Of a stretch of DNA of 64,000 bases, positions 1 through 11,562 are shown piece by piece. The notes below the pieces were generated by a model, which saw only the letters and a list, made by a program, of their open reading frames with translations, did no database searches and was not told the DNA's origin. The DNA is from Azolla caroliniana. Lineage: Eukaryota; Plantae; Polypodiophyta. The stretch's first letter is position 1; each line of letters opens with the position of its first letter. Location of the stretch: assembly GCA_043228905.1 (NCBI GenBank), contig JBHGNT010000008.1, positions 4,650,001 through 4,714,000 of the forward strand, given 5' to 3'. A program made the translations under genes and the position numbers.

Positions 1-1740
1 ATGCATACATATCTAGACATATATAAATGCATACATTCTTCATACATATTAGAATAAGCCATATATATTGACATACATATATGATATATACATAATGCAC
101 ACATTAAAATTACATGTTACATATATACATACACATTCTTACAAACTATTTTATATATTACATATTACACACATATATTATTATACACACAAATCACAAT
201 TATATACAAAAACATGTTGTGGTGTGCATGTGTGCATTTCACAATATATACATACCAAACACAAAAAATTTACATACATAAATAAATTACATATTATATA
301 TGCACATACACATACACATAAATATAGAAGATTACATATTATATTTAATACAAATCTACATACATACAAACAAGTTACATATATTTCACAAGAGTTAGTT
401 GGGAGCTATAGAGTCGGGGTAAAATAGGGTTTATTTCAATTTTGCTTGAGTTAAGGATCGGTTGAGTTTTTTTGTTGTTTTTGTTTGATAGTTTTGGAGT
501 TGTTTCTCCAAGTTGTATATGTTGATCCCATTGTGGATTTGGACAAACATTGTTGTATTCTATTTGCTAACTAATGCGAAGTAGTGGTTTTTTGGGAAAA
601 AAAAACAAGTTACATATATTACACACACATAAATAAATTACAGACTACATATCATATAATCCATACATATTATATGATATACAAATTTACATACACATAC
701 ATACATACATAGATACGTACATATTCCACATATCACCATATATATAGGCTATACGAAACCATACAAAATACAATACTTACATATATATACATATATACAT
801 TCATACACACACATTGGATATATGTATACTTACACATACATCGGATATATACATGTATATTATATGCATATTACAAACATACATCCATATATGAGCTATA
901 CACATACTAAACATTAAATACACCGAAAATAAAGATACATAAATACATTACATATATACGCATACATACATTCATATATTCATTCATACATTGCTACACG
1001 TATATACGTACATATGCCTACAATGTCACACATATAAATTTTATAAACACACATACATACATTACATGCAAGCATACACATACATACATTACATGTATGC
1101 ATACACATACATATATTACATGCATGCATACACATACATACATTCCATACATATGTACATATATATCACCACATACACACACACATAGCCATACACACGA
1201 CAATAGTACATATATACATACATGTCCATACATTAGCTATATACATACATATTAAAAGCACACATCCATACATATTGAATCATGTACATTGACATATGCA
1301 TAAACATATATACATAAATTACATATGTTAATTTCGGGTTATTTTAGTGTTTAGTATGTGTATGGGTCATATCTAGATGTATGTTAGCAATATGCACATA
1401 ATATGTATGCATATTCCACATATCACCATATATATAGGTTATACAGGGTCATACAAACTACATTCCTTACATATATCGATACACATGTATACACATACAT
1501 TGGATATATGCATACATATTATGTGCATATTGCTAGCATACATCTAGATATGACCCATACACATACTAAACACTAAAATAACCTGAAAATATACAACCAT
1601 ATATACACATATGCACATTTGTACATGGACATACATACATTCATTCATACATTGCTACACGTATATATGTACATATGCCTACAATGATACACGTATAAAT
1701 TTTACAAACATATATCCATACATATACACACATATATACA

Positions 1741-1772
<32 letters not shown>

Positions 1773-2500
1773 TCCATATATCACCATATATATAGGTCAT
1801 ATGGGGTCATACAAACTACAATACATACATATTACAAACACACATCCACACACACATGTATGCATACACATACAAACATACATACATTACATATTACATA
1901 TATACACATATGTACATGCATACATGTACATACATATATTCATTCAACACATAATGGATCCAATATACACATCTAAACTTACAAACATGCCATATATACA
2001 ATACATATATGTACATACATACACACATCCCATACATACAATGCATATGTATATACAATAGATACATCGTACAATTAATACAATACAATATGTACATACA
2101 TACACACTTACATATGTACACATATCACATACATATATATACATGCAATACAATACATATGCATGTATATATAGAATAGACACACACATATATACACATG
2201 TATGTACGCATAGACATATGTATATAGAACATACACTCACATAACACACACATACATATGCACATGCCATACGAATAATACATACAAATTACAATACATC
2301 ATATGCACATGTACAGAACATACACACAAATAGCACATACATACATATGCACATGCCACACATACAACACATGGAGTAGAATATGTACATACATATGCAC
2401 ATGTATAGAGCATAACACACACACACACACACACACACACAAATATATATATCCACATACATAAACATGCACATGAATAGAAGATACATACACACAGTAG
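1..2500. repeat. Low-complexity TACA/CATA-rich degenerate repeat region inside the TIR element
   Basis: Composition; internal duplications (~700-1000 vs ~1410-1830); mirrored at ~46120-47620. Confidence 0.9.
386..602 (+). mobile_element. Short poly(A)-tailed retroposed insert (5'-truncated L1-type 3' end or retroposed RNA)
   Basis: Direct repeat AAACAAGTTACATATATT at 368-385 and 603-620; A-run at 597-605; T/G-rich composition differs sharply from the flanks. Confidence 0.75.
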
Positions 2501-2895
2501 AACACTCTTTTTAAAACGCCTCTCAAAGGGATGCTAATTGTTTTAAAAAAATGGGGGAAGAAAGGGGGGGAGATTATATATGTGATGTGCTTTAGTAAAA
2601 ATTGGGGGGAAAAAGGAGATAAATAGATAGATAGATTATATTATCGGCTTCGGATCTCAAAGGAGAGAGAAAGAAAAGAAAGAAAGAAAGATATATTAAC
2701 GTCTTCTAAGGCCAAAATTGGCCCATGAGACAAATGGTGTACAACAAAAATGGGATATTTACCCATTCATCGAAAGTAAAAATAAAAATAAGATAAAATA
2801 GAGTTTAAGCTAAATAGTTCTAAGAAAACAACAAACATGTTCTATATAAAAAAAACATGTTCTACAATGAGAATGATTCTATACTAGGCCTAATT

Positions 2896-5800
2896 TCATT
2901 TCCATCCAAGTCTCTCGAAGAGAAGCGGGGGGTCAAAGGGTTGCCATGATGTGGATGTGGCCCGTGGTCCCCATGTAAGAGGTACCCCAACCATAGCTTC
3001 GAGTCGACGTAGCTCACGTTCCCTTATCTTCTTAATCTTTTCTACTCCACGTTGACTTGTGTTGAAGCCCAACATCCGAGGACGTTTGGTTGCTCTTTGT
3101 ATTTCTGCTTCCTCAAGGGAGAGGCCGAGCGGCATAAGTGTATCCACATTCATCGTCTCCCCATGTTCCTGAAAAATTACACTAGGTACATGTTGATGAG
3201 TAGTAAAAGGGTTATGATTAACACTTTGTAATTTATCCTCCCTATGTTGTTTTAGCTCTAAGATATACCTACCTAGTCTCTTTACACTCGAGGTATCTAA
3301 TAGTTTGGAGAGGGTGGGAGAGGGTCCTAGTATGTCTTGGTATTCCGCCCGTATCTCGGCATAAGTTGGGCACTTGCATGTGAAGTGATACTCATCCTCT
3401 ATCTCTATGTGGCATAACCTACATAGCCTTTCCTCTCTAGGGACTCTATTAGCTCGACCATTCTCAATCTCAAGTTGGTGAGATGATATCCTAAGTTGTC
3501 CAATGGCCACCCTTAGTGCATTTGATAAGAAAGTATCTAGGTATCTTGGTCGTGTAATAAACCCTAACTTAGAGAACTGCAAGAAGTGTTCCTTATAGTA
3601 CACCATTTTAGATGGGAGTGGCTCTCGTGGGGTGATCCATTTGTATCGAGTGTAGATTTGCCATATTTCTTGGCGTATCACTTTATTACGATCTTCACGA
3701 GAGATTAAAGTTTGATCAGTCCCATGGTTGTACTTAAGGGGAGGTAGGTTATTAATGTCTATGCCATTTGCAAATAACCAACTCACCACAATGCTATACC
3801 AAGAGTTGGTGTCTCCAGACACATGTAAGGATCGGGATGCCTCAAAGGCTCGACGGGATATCCTATCTTGTGGTTGACTATGTATCCGATGAATAAAAGC
3901 TACCACTTGAAAGAGTGCTTCTACTAACATCGGGGGTAGGCTAAACTCCGCTCTAATAATGTCATGTGGTACTGTCGATTTGCTTCGGAGTTGACGTGAT
4001 AACATTACCACTAAAGGTCTCTCCAATTGCGTCCACATGAAAGATGGTAGACCTGGAGCCCATACTACTGATGCATACATGAGGGACGGGGTCACTAATG
4101 AGTCGAAAAGCCATCCCTTAGTCCGTGGCTCTTGAAAGTATGCTTGGTGGCATTGTCTCTCTAAGAGTGAGAGGGATGCATATCCTCTCGTTAGCCTATC
4201 TTTGGCTGCCTGGGTCATCGAGAATTTACCTGAGCGAGCACTAAAAGTGACTCCCAAGTATACATAAGATCCCACCACCTCAACTAGTTTATGAGAGAGG
4301 ATGAGGTGACATTTACTCCTAACTCTGGGCGATGTATGAAAGATAAGGACTTTAGTTTTCGCTAGATTCACTACCAGTCCTCGTTGTGTACAAAAGTCAT
4401 CTAGGGCATTAAGATGCTTTTGTAGGTCGTGTTCCGACTCCGAGAGCAAGACAATGTCGTCTGCGTAGAGTAAGAGACTAACTTGCGTATCCCCAATAGC
4501 CACTCCTTTGCCTCCCTTACGAGCAATAAAATCAGTGATCTCATCAATGTAGATCCCAAAAAGAGTCGGTGATAGGGGGCAACCCTGTTTTACACCAATG
4601 GTGCTAGTGAAACAATCGGATAGGCCACCTGGGCATCTTACGCGCCCATAGAGTTGCTCATATAGGGCATAAATGGCCCAAATCATGTCATTTGGTATCT
4701 CCAAGCTCTTAAGTCTATCAAACAACCTCTCCCTAGGTACTGTATCAAAGGCTTTACGAAAGTCCACAAAGCAACAATATAGTTTCTTCTTACGAGCCTT
4801 TGTTTGGTCAATTAAGCACCTAAGTGTGAAGATGTGGTCAATAGTGGAGAAGGCTCGTCTAAAGCCAGCCTGCTCAGGTGCTCGAAGACTTAATGTTTCC
4901 ATATAATCACTGAGCTCCGCTTCCATTACTGCACCATATAGTTTAGCAAGCGTATGACCTATCATAATGGTCCTATATGTATTTGGGTCCATTGGGTCCC
5001 CTCCTTTATGTATAGGGGCCACAGTGTTCATGGCCCACTGTGGTGGAAAACCCTCGGCGAGGGCGCGGTTGAAGATTAGAGTGAGAAGGGGATCTAGGCA
5101 CTCTCGAGCATATATGATGTGCTCGGCTCGCAATCCTGTGTGGTCCATGAATTTCCTATGTTGTAATTTTTTTATGACCTTCGTGACCCTAGAGGTCGTG
5201 AAAAGTGTCCCCATGGTAGGTCGAGGTGTGGAGGGCATTGGAATGGGTGGTTGGTTCGGGACATGGTAGAGTCTCTCGGTATATGTGTGCCAAATATTGG
5301 GATCCTCGATGGGTGTTTGTGGTCTCGGTTCCCGTAGTCTCTTCCATGCAAGGGCACAATCCCTACTCATGAGCATATGGTAGAGTTCCCAATATTGAGA
5401 TGCTTCCCAAGCTCGTCTTTTACGACGTGTCATCTTGCGCATCTCTTTGCGAGCCTGTACTAAGGAGATAGTACCACTGAGTCGCGATACTTTAAGTTGT
5501 CTATACAACTCTCTACAATCCTCGTCATACCACTTGTTTTGTGGCATAGACCCTATTCTACTATGATTGGAGTCTTTCGTGTATGGGAAGCTACTAGTGG
5601 CGGCTGAGTGAAGGATGTGTGTGAGTTCTGTAGTGAGGTTCTCTAAAGGCAAGGAAGAATCAAACGAGGAAAGATGGGCTTGAACATGTCGAGAGTAGAT
5701 GTCCGCGAGCTCATGCGTGAAATGTATTATAGTGTGATGGGTTGGTTTACTAGAGTTGGTGGTGTGGGAGGTGTCACATTTTAGCTCAAAGTATAGGAAG

Positions 5801-6642
5801 GTATGGTCTGCCCCAATGGGGCATGGGGCCACCCGGAAGGAGCTAACCATGTGGGTAGCTTCAGGGCGTCCTATTAGATAATCAACGGTGCTTTCCCCTC
5901 CTCCATGTGGGAAACATGTGAGCTCTTCCGAGCCCGGCCACTTGGCTAAGCCATTATATATGATCATCTGGTGTCGGCTTCCAAGTTCAAGCAGATGATG
6001 GCCAAAGCTTGTGGCATCCGCACCTTGATCCTTCGATGTACGTGTTATGCCTAAGGCTAAAGGGTCGACATTCACCATTTCTAGGTTTCTATCCATCTGA
6101 AATATTGTGCATTGTCGGGACTGGGTTCTCGCATTGAAATCTCCTACCAGGAAGACTTCCCCTTGAGAAGAATATCGGATTATGTCATCCGACAAAGGTT
6201 CGTATGGAGAAGGCCCATGTGGCGTTCCTTCATCAACTATACTCGCCTCTCCAGCCATATTGTAGCGGGACCCTTTCGGGGGGAAGTAACAAACTGCGAT
6301 AAATATCACCTGATCCTTACTAGTGAGGACTTTCACCCACATAAAACGGGCTTCTGGGTCTGACTTTAGTATTTCTATCCTATTATTTATCTCTTTCCGA
6401 AATAATATCGCAACCCCCCCAGACCCTCTAGTAGTGTGTCGACGTGAGGTTTGTCTAAAGACAGATTCCCAACGAAAACCGTCAACTCGTGGCAGTCCTC
6501 GATTTGGGCTTTGATGTGTTTCTACTACAAAAAGTATATCAGATACTTTCAAAATCTCCTCTAGACGGCCAGGATGTGTCCAAAGTGCGCCGTTACAGTT
6601 CCATAAAGTGATCCTAAGTTTATTATCTGTCACATGGGCCAC
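2896..6642 (-). CDS. LINE ORF2: apurinic endonuclease, reverse transcriptase and C-terminal Cys/His motif (intact, 1248 aa)
   Basis: Motifs WNCNG, VETH, GDFNA, VDY, ADH (APE); QAGFR, FVDFRKAFD, GVKQGCPLSP, YADD (RT); RLCRLC..EDEYHFTCKC. Confidence 0.95.
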   Translation of the reverse strand: MAHVTDNKLRITLWNCNGALWTHPGRLEEILKVSDILFVVETHQSPNRGLPRVDGFRWESVFRQTSRRHTTRGSGGVAILFRKEINNRIEILKSDPEARFMWVKVLTSKDQVIFIAVCYFPPKGSRYNMAGEASIVDEGTPHGPSPYEPLSDDIIRYSSQGEVFLVGDFNARTQSRQCTIFQMDRNLEMVNVDPLALGITRTSKDQGADATSFGHHLLELGSRHQMIIYNGLAKWPGSEELTCFPHGGGESTVDYLIGRPEATHMVSSFRVAPCPIGADHTFLYFELKCDTSHTTNSSKPTHHTIIHFTHELADIYSRHVQAHLSSFDSSLPLENLTTELTHILHSAATSSFPYTKDSNHSRIGSMPQNKWYDEDCRELYRQLKVSRLSGTISLVQARKEMRKMTRRKRRAWEASQYWELYHMLMSRDCALAWKRLREPRPQTPIEDPNIWHTYTERLYHVPNQPPIPMPSTPRPTMGTLFTTSRVTKVIKKLQHRKFMDHTGLRAEHIIYARECLDPLLTLIFNRALAEGFPPQWAMNTVAPIHKGGDPMDPNTYRTIMIGHTLAKLYGAVMEAELSDYMETLSLRAPEQAGFRRAFSTIDHIFTLRCLIDQTKARKKKLYCCFVDFRKAFDTVPRERLFDRLKSLEIPNDMIWAIYALYEQLYGRVRCPGGLSDCFTSTIGVKQGCPLSPTLFGIYIDEITDFIARKGGKGVAIGDTQVSLLLYADDIVLLSESEHDLQKHLNALDDFCTQRGLVVNLAKTKVLIFHTSPRVRSKCHLILSHKLVEVVGSYVYLGVTFSARSGKFSMTQAAKDRLTRGYASLSLLERQCHQAYFQEPRTKGWLFDSLVTPSLMYASVVWAPGLPSFMWTQLERPLVVMLSRQLRSKSTVPHDIIRAEFSLPPMLVEALFQVVAFIHRIHSQPQDRISRRAFEASRSLHVSGDTNSWYSIVVSWLFANGIDINNLPPLKYNHGTDQTLISREDRNKVIRQEIWQIYTRYKWITPREPLPSKMVYYKEHFLQFSKLGFITRPRYLDTFLSNALRVAIGQLRISSHQLEIENGRANRVPREERLCRLCHIEIEDEYHFTCKCPTYAEIRAEYQDILGPSPTLSKLLDTSSVKRLGRYILELKQHREDKLQSVNHNPFTTHQHVPSVIFQEHGETMNVDTLMPLGLSLEEAEIQRATKRPRMLGFNTSQRGVEKIKKIRERELRRLEAMVGVPLTWGPRATSTSWQPFDPPLLFERLGWK

Positions 6643-6648
6643 ACGCCG

Positions 6649-7124
6649 TCAATTGGCGGCACGATCATTTATTATGACACGTCCGTCCCGGTAGAAAGCA
6701 CGATGCCCCTCTTTACGAGCTTGTATGACTCGCGGCATACAAGTTTTACGATGCTCAATTTGCATCTTGGTCAAGTCTTCATCGAGGTAGATAGGCTCCC
6801 CGCCCAAGCCTCGAAGAATTGGTCTCTTTTTAAAAAAGGCGATTCTAGATTCTGAGTCCTTAAACTGAAGGACTAAAGCTCTTTTCCTAGTTGTGTCACG
6901 CCCTACCCTCCAGGTTTTAGTGATTGGTAGGGCTTCGTACCCTAACATTTTCCCTAATGTTTGTGCATCTTCATCCGGAGATGCCCCTTCCTTGAGCCCA
7001 GTAACTCGTACATTTAGGCGTCGAGCTTGACGCATTTTTTCTTCCTCGAGGGTGGTGTTTACAATGTTTTCATCCTTTAGTTCTTTTTTAATATTACGTT
7101 TTACTACATCAACCCACCCAGTCT
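6649..7124 (-). pseudogene. LINE ORF1, C-terminal portion (5'-truncated)
   Basis: Peptide KTGWVDVV...DRAAN is identical to the C-terminus of ORF1 at 16397-17188. Confidence 0.9.
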
Positions 7125-7164
7125 TTGTCTCCTCTTTCACCCCCCTCCCCATCTCACAGCTTCC

Positions 7165-7640
7165 ATGGCCGTTGTAGATCTCGAGTATCGCTGCTTCATT
7201 GGAGGTCTCGCATGGACCATCGATGATCGTAGGATACTTCAACGAAGTTGTCAACTCCAAGGTTATCAATGACCATGAAACGGGACGATCACGAGGCTTT
7301 GGCTTTGTGACATTCTCTGATGAGCAAGCGATGACAGGTGTGATTGAGTCGACGAATGGAAAAGAGCTCGATGGAAGGAACATTATTGTGGACTAAGCTC
7401 AGGCAAGATCGGGTGGGGGTGATGGAGGCTATCGTGCCTCCAATGGAGGTGGTGGTTCACAATATAACAGGGAGAGATCAGATGGAGGAAATAGTGGATA
7501 GTGGTTGTGCCGATGGCTATAATGATACCAATGGTGGTGGAAATGGTGGCTATGGTGGTAGCAATCGCAGTGGTGGTTATAGTGGGGTAATAAAAGGTAT
7601 TCAAGAAGTGGCTTGGATTAACAGAATTGGAGGAAGTAAA
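7165..7640 (+). pseudogene. Glycine-rich RNA-binding protein (GRP7/8-like, RRM) pseudogene, intronless, carried by the TIR element
   Basis: MAVVDLEYRCFIGGLAW (RNP2); SKVINDHETGRSRGFGFVTF (RNP1); NGKELDGRNI; GGYGG tail. Frameshifting deletion after DDR and an in-frame TAA. Confidence 0.9.
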
Positions 7641-7671
7641 CAAAATGAAGACTTTACAAACTTTTGTTTAT

Positions 7672-7676
<5 letters not shown>

Positions 7677-7733
<57 letters not shown>
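7677..7733. repeat. (GA)n microsatellite
   Basis: Seen directly; only ~5 units at the equivalent site of copy 2 (~45415-45425). Confidence 0.95.
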
Positions 7734-7735
<2 letters not shown>

Positions 7736-8618
7736 ATGAGCATGATCGACCTCCTCTTCGAAGTAGTCCTCTAGCGAGCAAGGATGTGCAAGACGAGCTA
7801 CAAGAAGGTGCGAGAGTTTTTTGTTTTTTACATTGATTTCTTCATTGTTCTCTATATAATCCTGAAATGCTTAGGATTGCTAATTTTGTAAACAAAACAC
7901 TGATTTTAAGAATTATCTGGTTTTCTTTTCTTCATATGTAATTTTTGAATTGATTTTTATAATCTTGCATCTTGAAATTGTACTATAACAACTTTTGCTT
8001 TTGTTGAAATTTTATTGTTCTTTTATTGTTTCTTTTTATTTAACTTTGATTTCTGTATAGCCTTGTATATATTATCATGTTAATTATGTATTAAAAACTT
8101 TTGTCTATGAATTTACTTTGCAAGGATACCCAAAAAAGCAAATCATTTGGAGGGTCTTATGGAAATATTGTCACTTGATCTATGATAAAACAAGTGTTTG
8201 TGGTGAAGAGGGGAGAAGGAGGAGGATATAGGAAATAATGATGCCGAAAACATGAGGGAAAGTGACATTGCAAACATGAAGGTTCTTAGTTTAGTACCAT
8301 ATCAATTTAAAACTATGTTTGTATGAGTATGTGTATGCATGTGTGCATGCGTATTTGCATATGTATGTGCATGGTTGTGTTTGTATGCATGTATGAATGC
8401 ATGCAGAAATGCGTTTACAACATTCTCTTGCATACTTTTTTTGCCATGTTACTTTGTGTATTTGCTATTGTCATTTCACATGAAAGATGAGCTCTTTCGG
8501 TCTTGAGAAACCTCATGTAGCTTCAAGAAGCGATTGACAATAGAGGCGAGAGATTCTAGTGAGAATCGAACAAGAGTTTGTTGTGATTTGTGCAAGCTTT
8601 CGTGCGAATGCAAGCTCG

Positions 8619-8739
8619 AATCCATATCTACCATGCTCTAAAAAAGAAAGAAGGCGGACCAATACAACTTCTAAAGAGGAATCCATATCTACCATGCTCT
8701 AAAAAAGAAAGAAGGCGGACCAATACAACTTCTAAAGAG
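8619..8739. repeat. ~60-bp tandem duplication specific to copy 1
   Basis: ATCCATATCTACCATGCTCT...CTTCTAAAGAG occurs twice here and once in copy 2 (~44460-44520). Confidence 0.85.
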
Positions 8740-10943
8740 CTTATGCCATACCATTTGAATCTTGGTTGACCAACACTGAAGTGCACATAAAAAACACTTA
8801 ATTTATTTTGTGATATCTTTGTTGGAAAGGCTGTAGATCTTGTTGATATGTGTTATATTAATGATACTCTTAATCTGGTAACCCAAACATGAAGTTCCAT
8901 TCTCTTGTTTCGTTTCCAAATTTCTTTGTTATGCAAGGTGGCACGATAACATAGGAACAATGGAAGAGATTGAAGCATGTGTATATTTGGGCAAGAAATG
9001 ACATATATGATTGTGCCGACCTTGAATAACTCTTGCAATGTTGGAGTTTCTTTGAAACTATATGGAAGTAGGCTTTGTTAATTCAAGCTTCCGGAATTGA
9101 TGGCTTGGAGAAAAGGGAGGTCATCGAGGCAAATATAGTAACACGAAAACCACAAAGCATGCATCCATACACGATTATAAATATATATACATACATAGTT
9201 ATGGGCATGTACATGAAGCTTGTTCATATAAATTACATTGATGATAACCCAACACTACTTTTCTTGCGAATTTCAAATTAAATGTTCTTGATGTAAAGCT
9301 CTGTGGGTTCCAGAGCCTAAATACTTTGTTTTTGCTGCAGAGAGATTAATGGCTATGGCTGTGAAAGAGAATATGTTTTATAGATTAAAAGTGTTGTGTG
9401 TGAGTGATTGCATTGTAACAAGTTAGGGACTCAAATGCTCAATTTTTCTTAGCGAAAAACTCAATGTGTGTTTGTTCTAGCATTGCAACATTTTTATCCA
9501 ATGAAGTTCTTGCTCAAGTTGAATGTTGTGAATGATTCTTGAACATCTCATAACACAGTATTCTTGTTATATATATGCCCTTTTAGATATATTGTTTTTC
9601 ACTTCCATGAAGCCACAATATATGCATTGTTACATAGGCATGTTAGAGAAGATGGCATGGAATGAAGACAACCTTTCATGCTTATTGATTAGATGGCGAT
9701 CCTTCTTCGAAGATGATTTGAAGACACATATGCTCCACATCAACATACATGCAAACAAACAAACATACATCGATACATAAAAACACATTTTTTTAAAAAG
9801 AAATAAAGAGAAGAAAAAAATTTATTAAAAAAAGTAAAAACAAAATTTACTCTTTTCAAAAGGTGTTGCACAATGATGGTATATGTGCAGTGCCAATAGC
9901 AGTGTGTTTTGGCATCACTACTAGCTTATTTTGTTGTAGTGACATGTATAATACACGTTCACACATGCACATATATAGAACACATGCACACACATACACA
10001 AACATACGTACATACACACACACACACACCATTACACTTATATGCACACACATGCACATGTAACACATAGATAGATACACACATGCCATACACATAAAAT
10101 ATATACAACACATGCAATACAATACAATACATGCATATATAAACATGGAATACAATACACTACATATGTACATTTACATGCAATACAATACATACATGTG
10201 AACATACATACACATAACCCATACATAAAATATATACAACACATGCAATACAATACAGTATGTACATACACACATATATTGAACATACATGTGTTTTCTA
10301 TGTAAGGGCATTTAAAATGAGTTGTTGTCAAAATATATATTTGCACTAAGCGGTATTTTTATTAACTGTTTTTTTACAAAAGGGTCTCTAAAATAATAAA
10401 AAACATGCGTATAAGGGGTTTATAAAAGATGCCGTGAACGCACGTGATACAACCTCTTTATATATAGTGGAGCCCCCAGGCTCGGTGGGCACAATTTCTA
10501 ACTCATTTTGATTTCAAGATCGTTTTCCACCCTGAGAAGCAACAAGGGAAGCCAGATGCTCTATCTCGACGTTCATATCTCGCACCTCGACCTGGAGATC
10601 CGGCCTTCGACAACCAAAAGCAAATTCTACTAGGGCCATCAAAGCTACAAGCAAGAACAGTTTATGCGACGCCGCTTCATTCACGCCTTGTTGATACTAT
10701 TCGGCAACAACTTCACTCTAATGATTTCGCTAAGGATGTCTCAGCCCACATTAGTCCAAGCCATTCATCTTGCTCCACATTGCAAGATTCATCTCAACAT
10801 TATCAGGACTTCAAGTGGCAAGATGGATTACTCTTTTACAAGAATCTCCTTTACGTCCCTGATGGATCACCCCGCCTTCAAGTATTATAACATTGTCATG
10901 ATGCCCCTATGGCTGGACATTTTGGTATTGCCAAGACCATGGA

Positions 10944-11562
10944 TGTTACGGGCATGACCATATAATATCCCGTGGTGAGAATTTACCGTAGTATTCTATA
11001 CACGTGGATAAGTGTGAGGGTTAAATGAGAGTGTAAAGAAGGGGAGGATTACTTTTAATCCTCGGGATTGAGACAACCCATTAGGCCAAGTGTGAACTTG
11101 CCTAGGGGCCTTGGGTTTCGCTATAAATAAGAGGCCTAGCTACCCTCATTTGATTATCTTGTTGACTACGTCAAGACTCTGTCTTGTGGTGGGTCAACTC
11201 TTGTAGCGAGCGCACTAGCACCAGAGACGAACTCGAGCCTCAATCGGTGTCCCATACCACCGTTGTGGCGTCGAGTCGTACCTAGTGTTGGCACGCTTGC
11301 TACAAGAGTTGACTCACCACAAGACAGAGTCTCGACGTAGTCAACAAGATAATCAAATGAGGGTAGCTAGGCCTCTTATTTATAGCAAAACCCAAGGCCC
11401 CCAGGCAAGTTCACACTTGGCCTAATGGGTTGTCTCAATCCCGAGGATTAAAAGTAATCCTCCCCTTCTTTACACTCTTGTTTAACCCTCACACTTATCC
11501 ACGTGTATAGAATATTACGGTAAATTCTCACCACGGGATATTATATGGTCATGCCCGTAACA
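10944..11562. mobile_element. 619-bp foldback element: ~269-bp inverted arms, TGTTAC...GTAACA termini, 5-bp TSD ATGGA
   Basis: 10944-11212 is the reverse complement of 11294-11562 (~8 transitions). ATGGA at 10939-10943 and 11563-11567. Host integrase reads AKT|MEL across it. Confidence 0.93.

Larger units (their letters stand above)
2671..7124 (-). mobile_element. LINE copy 1 (APE-RT, RTEX/L2-group-like), 5'-truncated within ORF1, (TTTC)n tail
   Basis: Homologous to 12421-17384. Tail at ~2671-2690. Empty site visible in copy 2 of the TIR element (~45975-46015). Confidence 0.93.
1..10480. mobile_element. Non-autonomous TIR (Pack-type) element, copy 1; other end lies upstream of the window; interrupted by LINE insertions
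   Basis: Colinear reverse complement of 41714-~47400 once insertions are removed. Ends in ...AGTGGAGCCCCCAGG (10480), matching the TIR of copy 2. Chromovirus RNase H sequence resumes at 10481. Confidence 0.85.

Noticed and set aside
68-2526. Many His/Tyr/Thr/Ile- or Cys/Val/Met-rich ORFs (also ~9850-10350, 41850-42400, 46100-47640)
   Set aside because: Translations of TACA/TGTA low-complexity DNA that lacks stops by composition; frames are not conserved between the two element copies.
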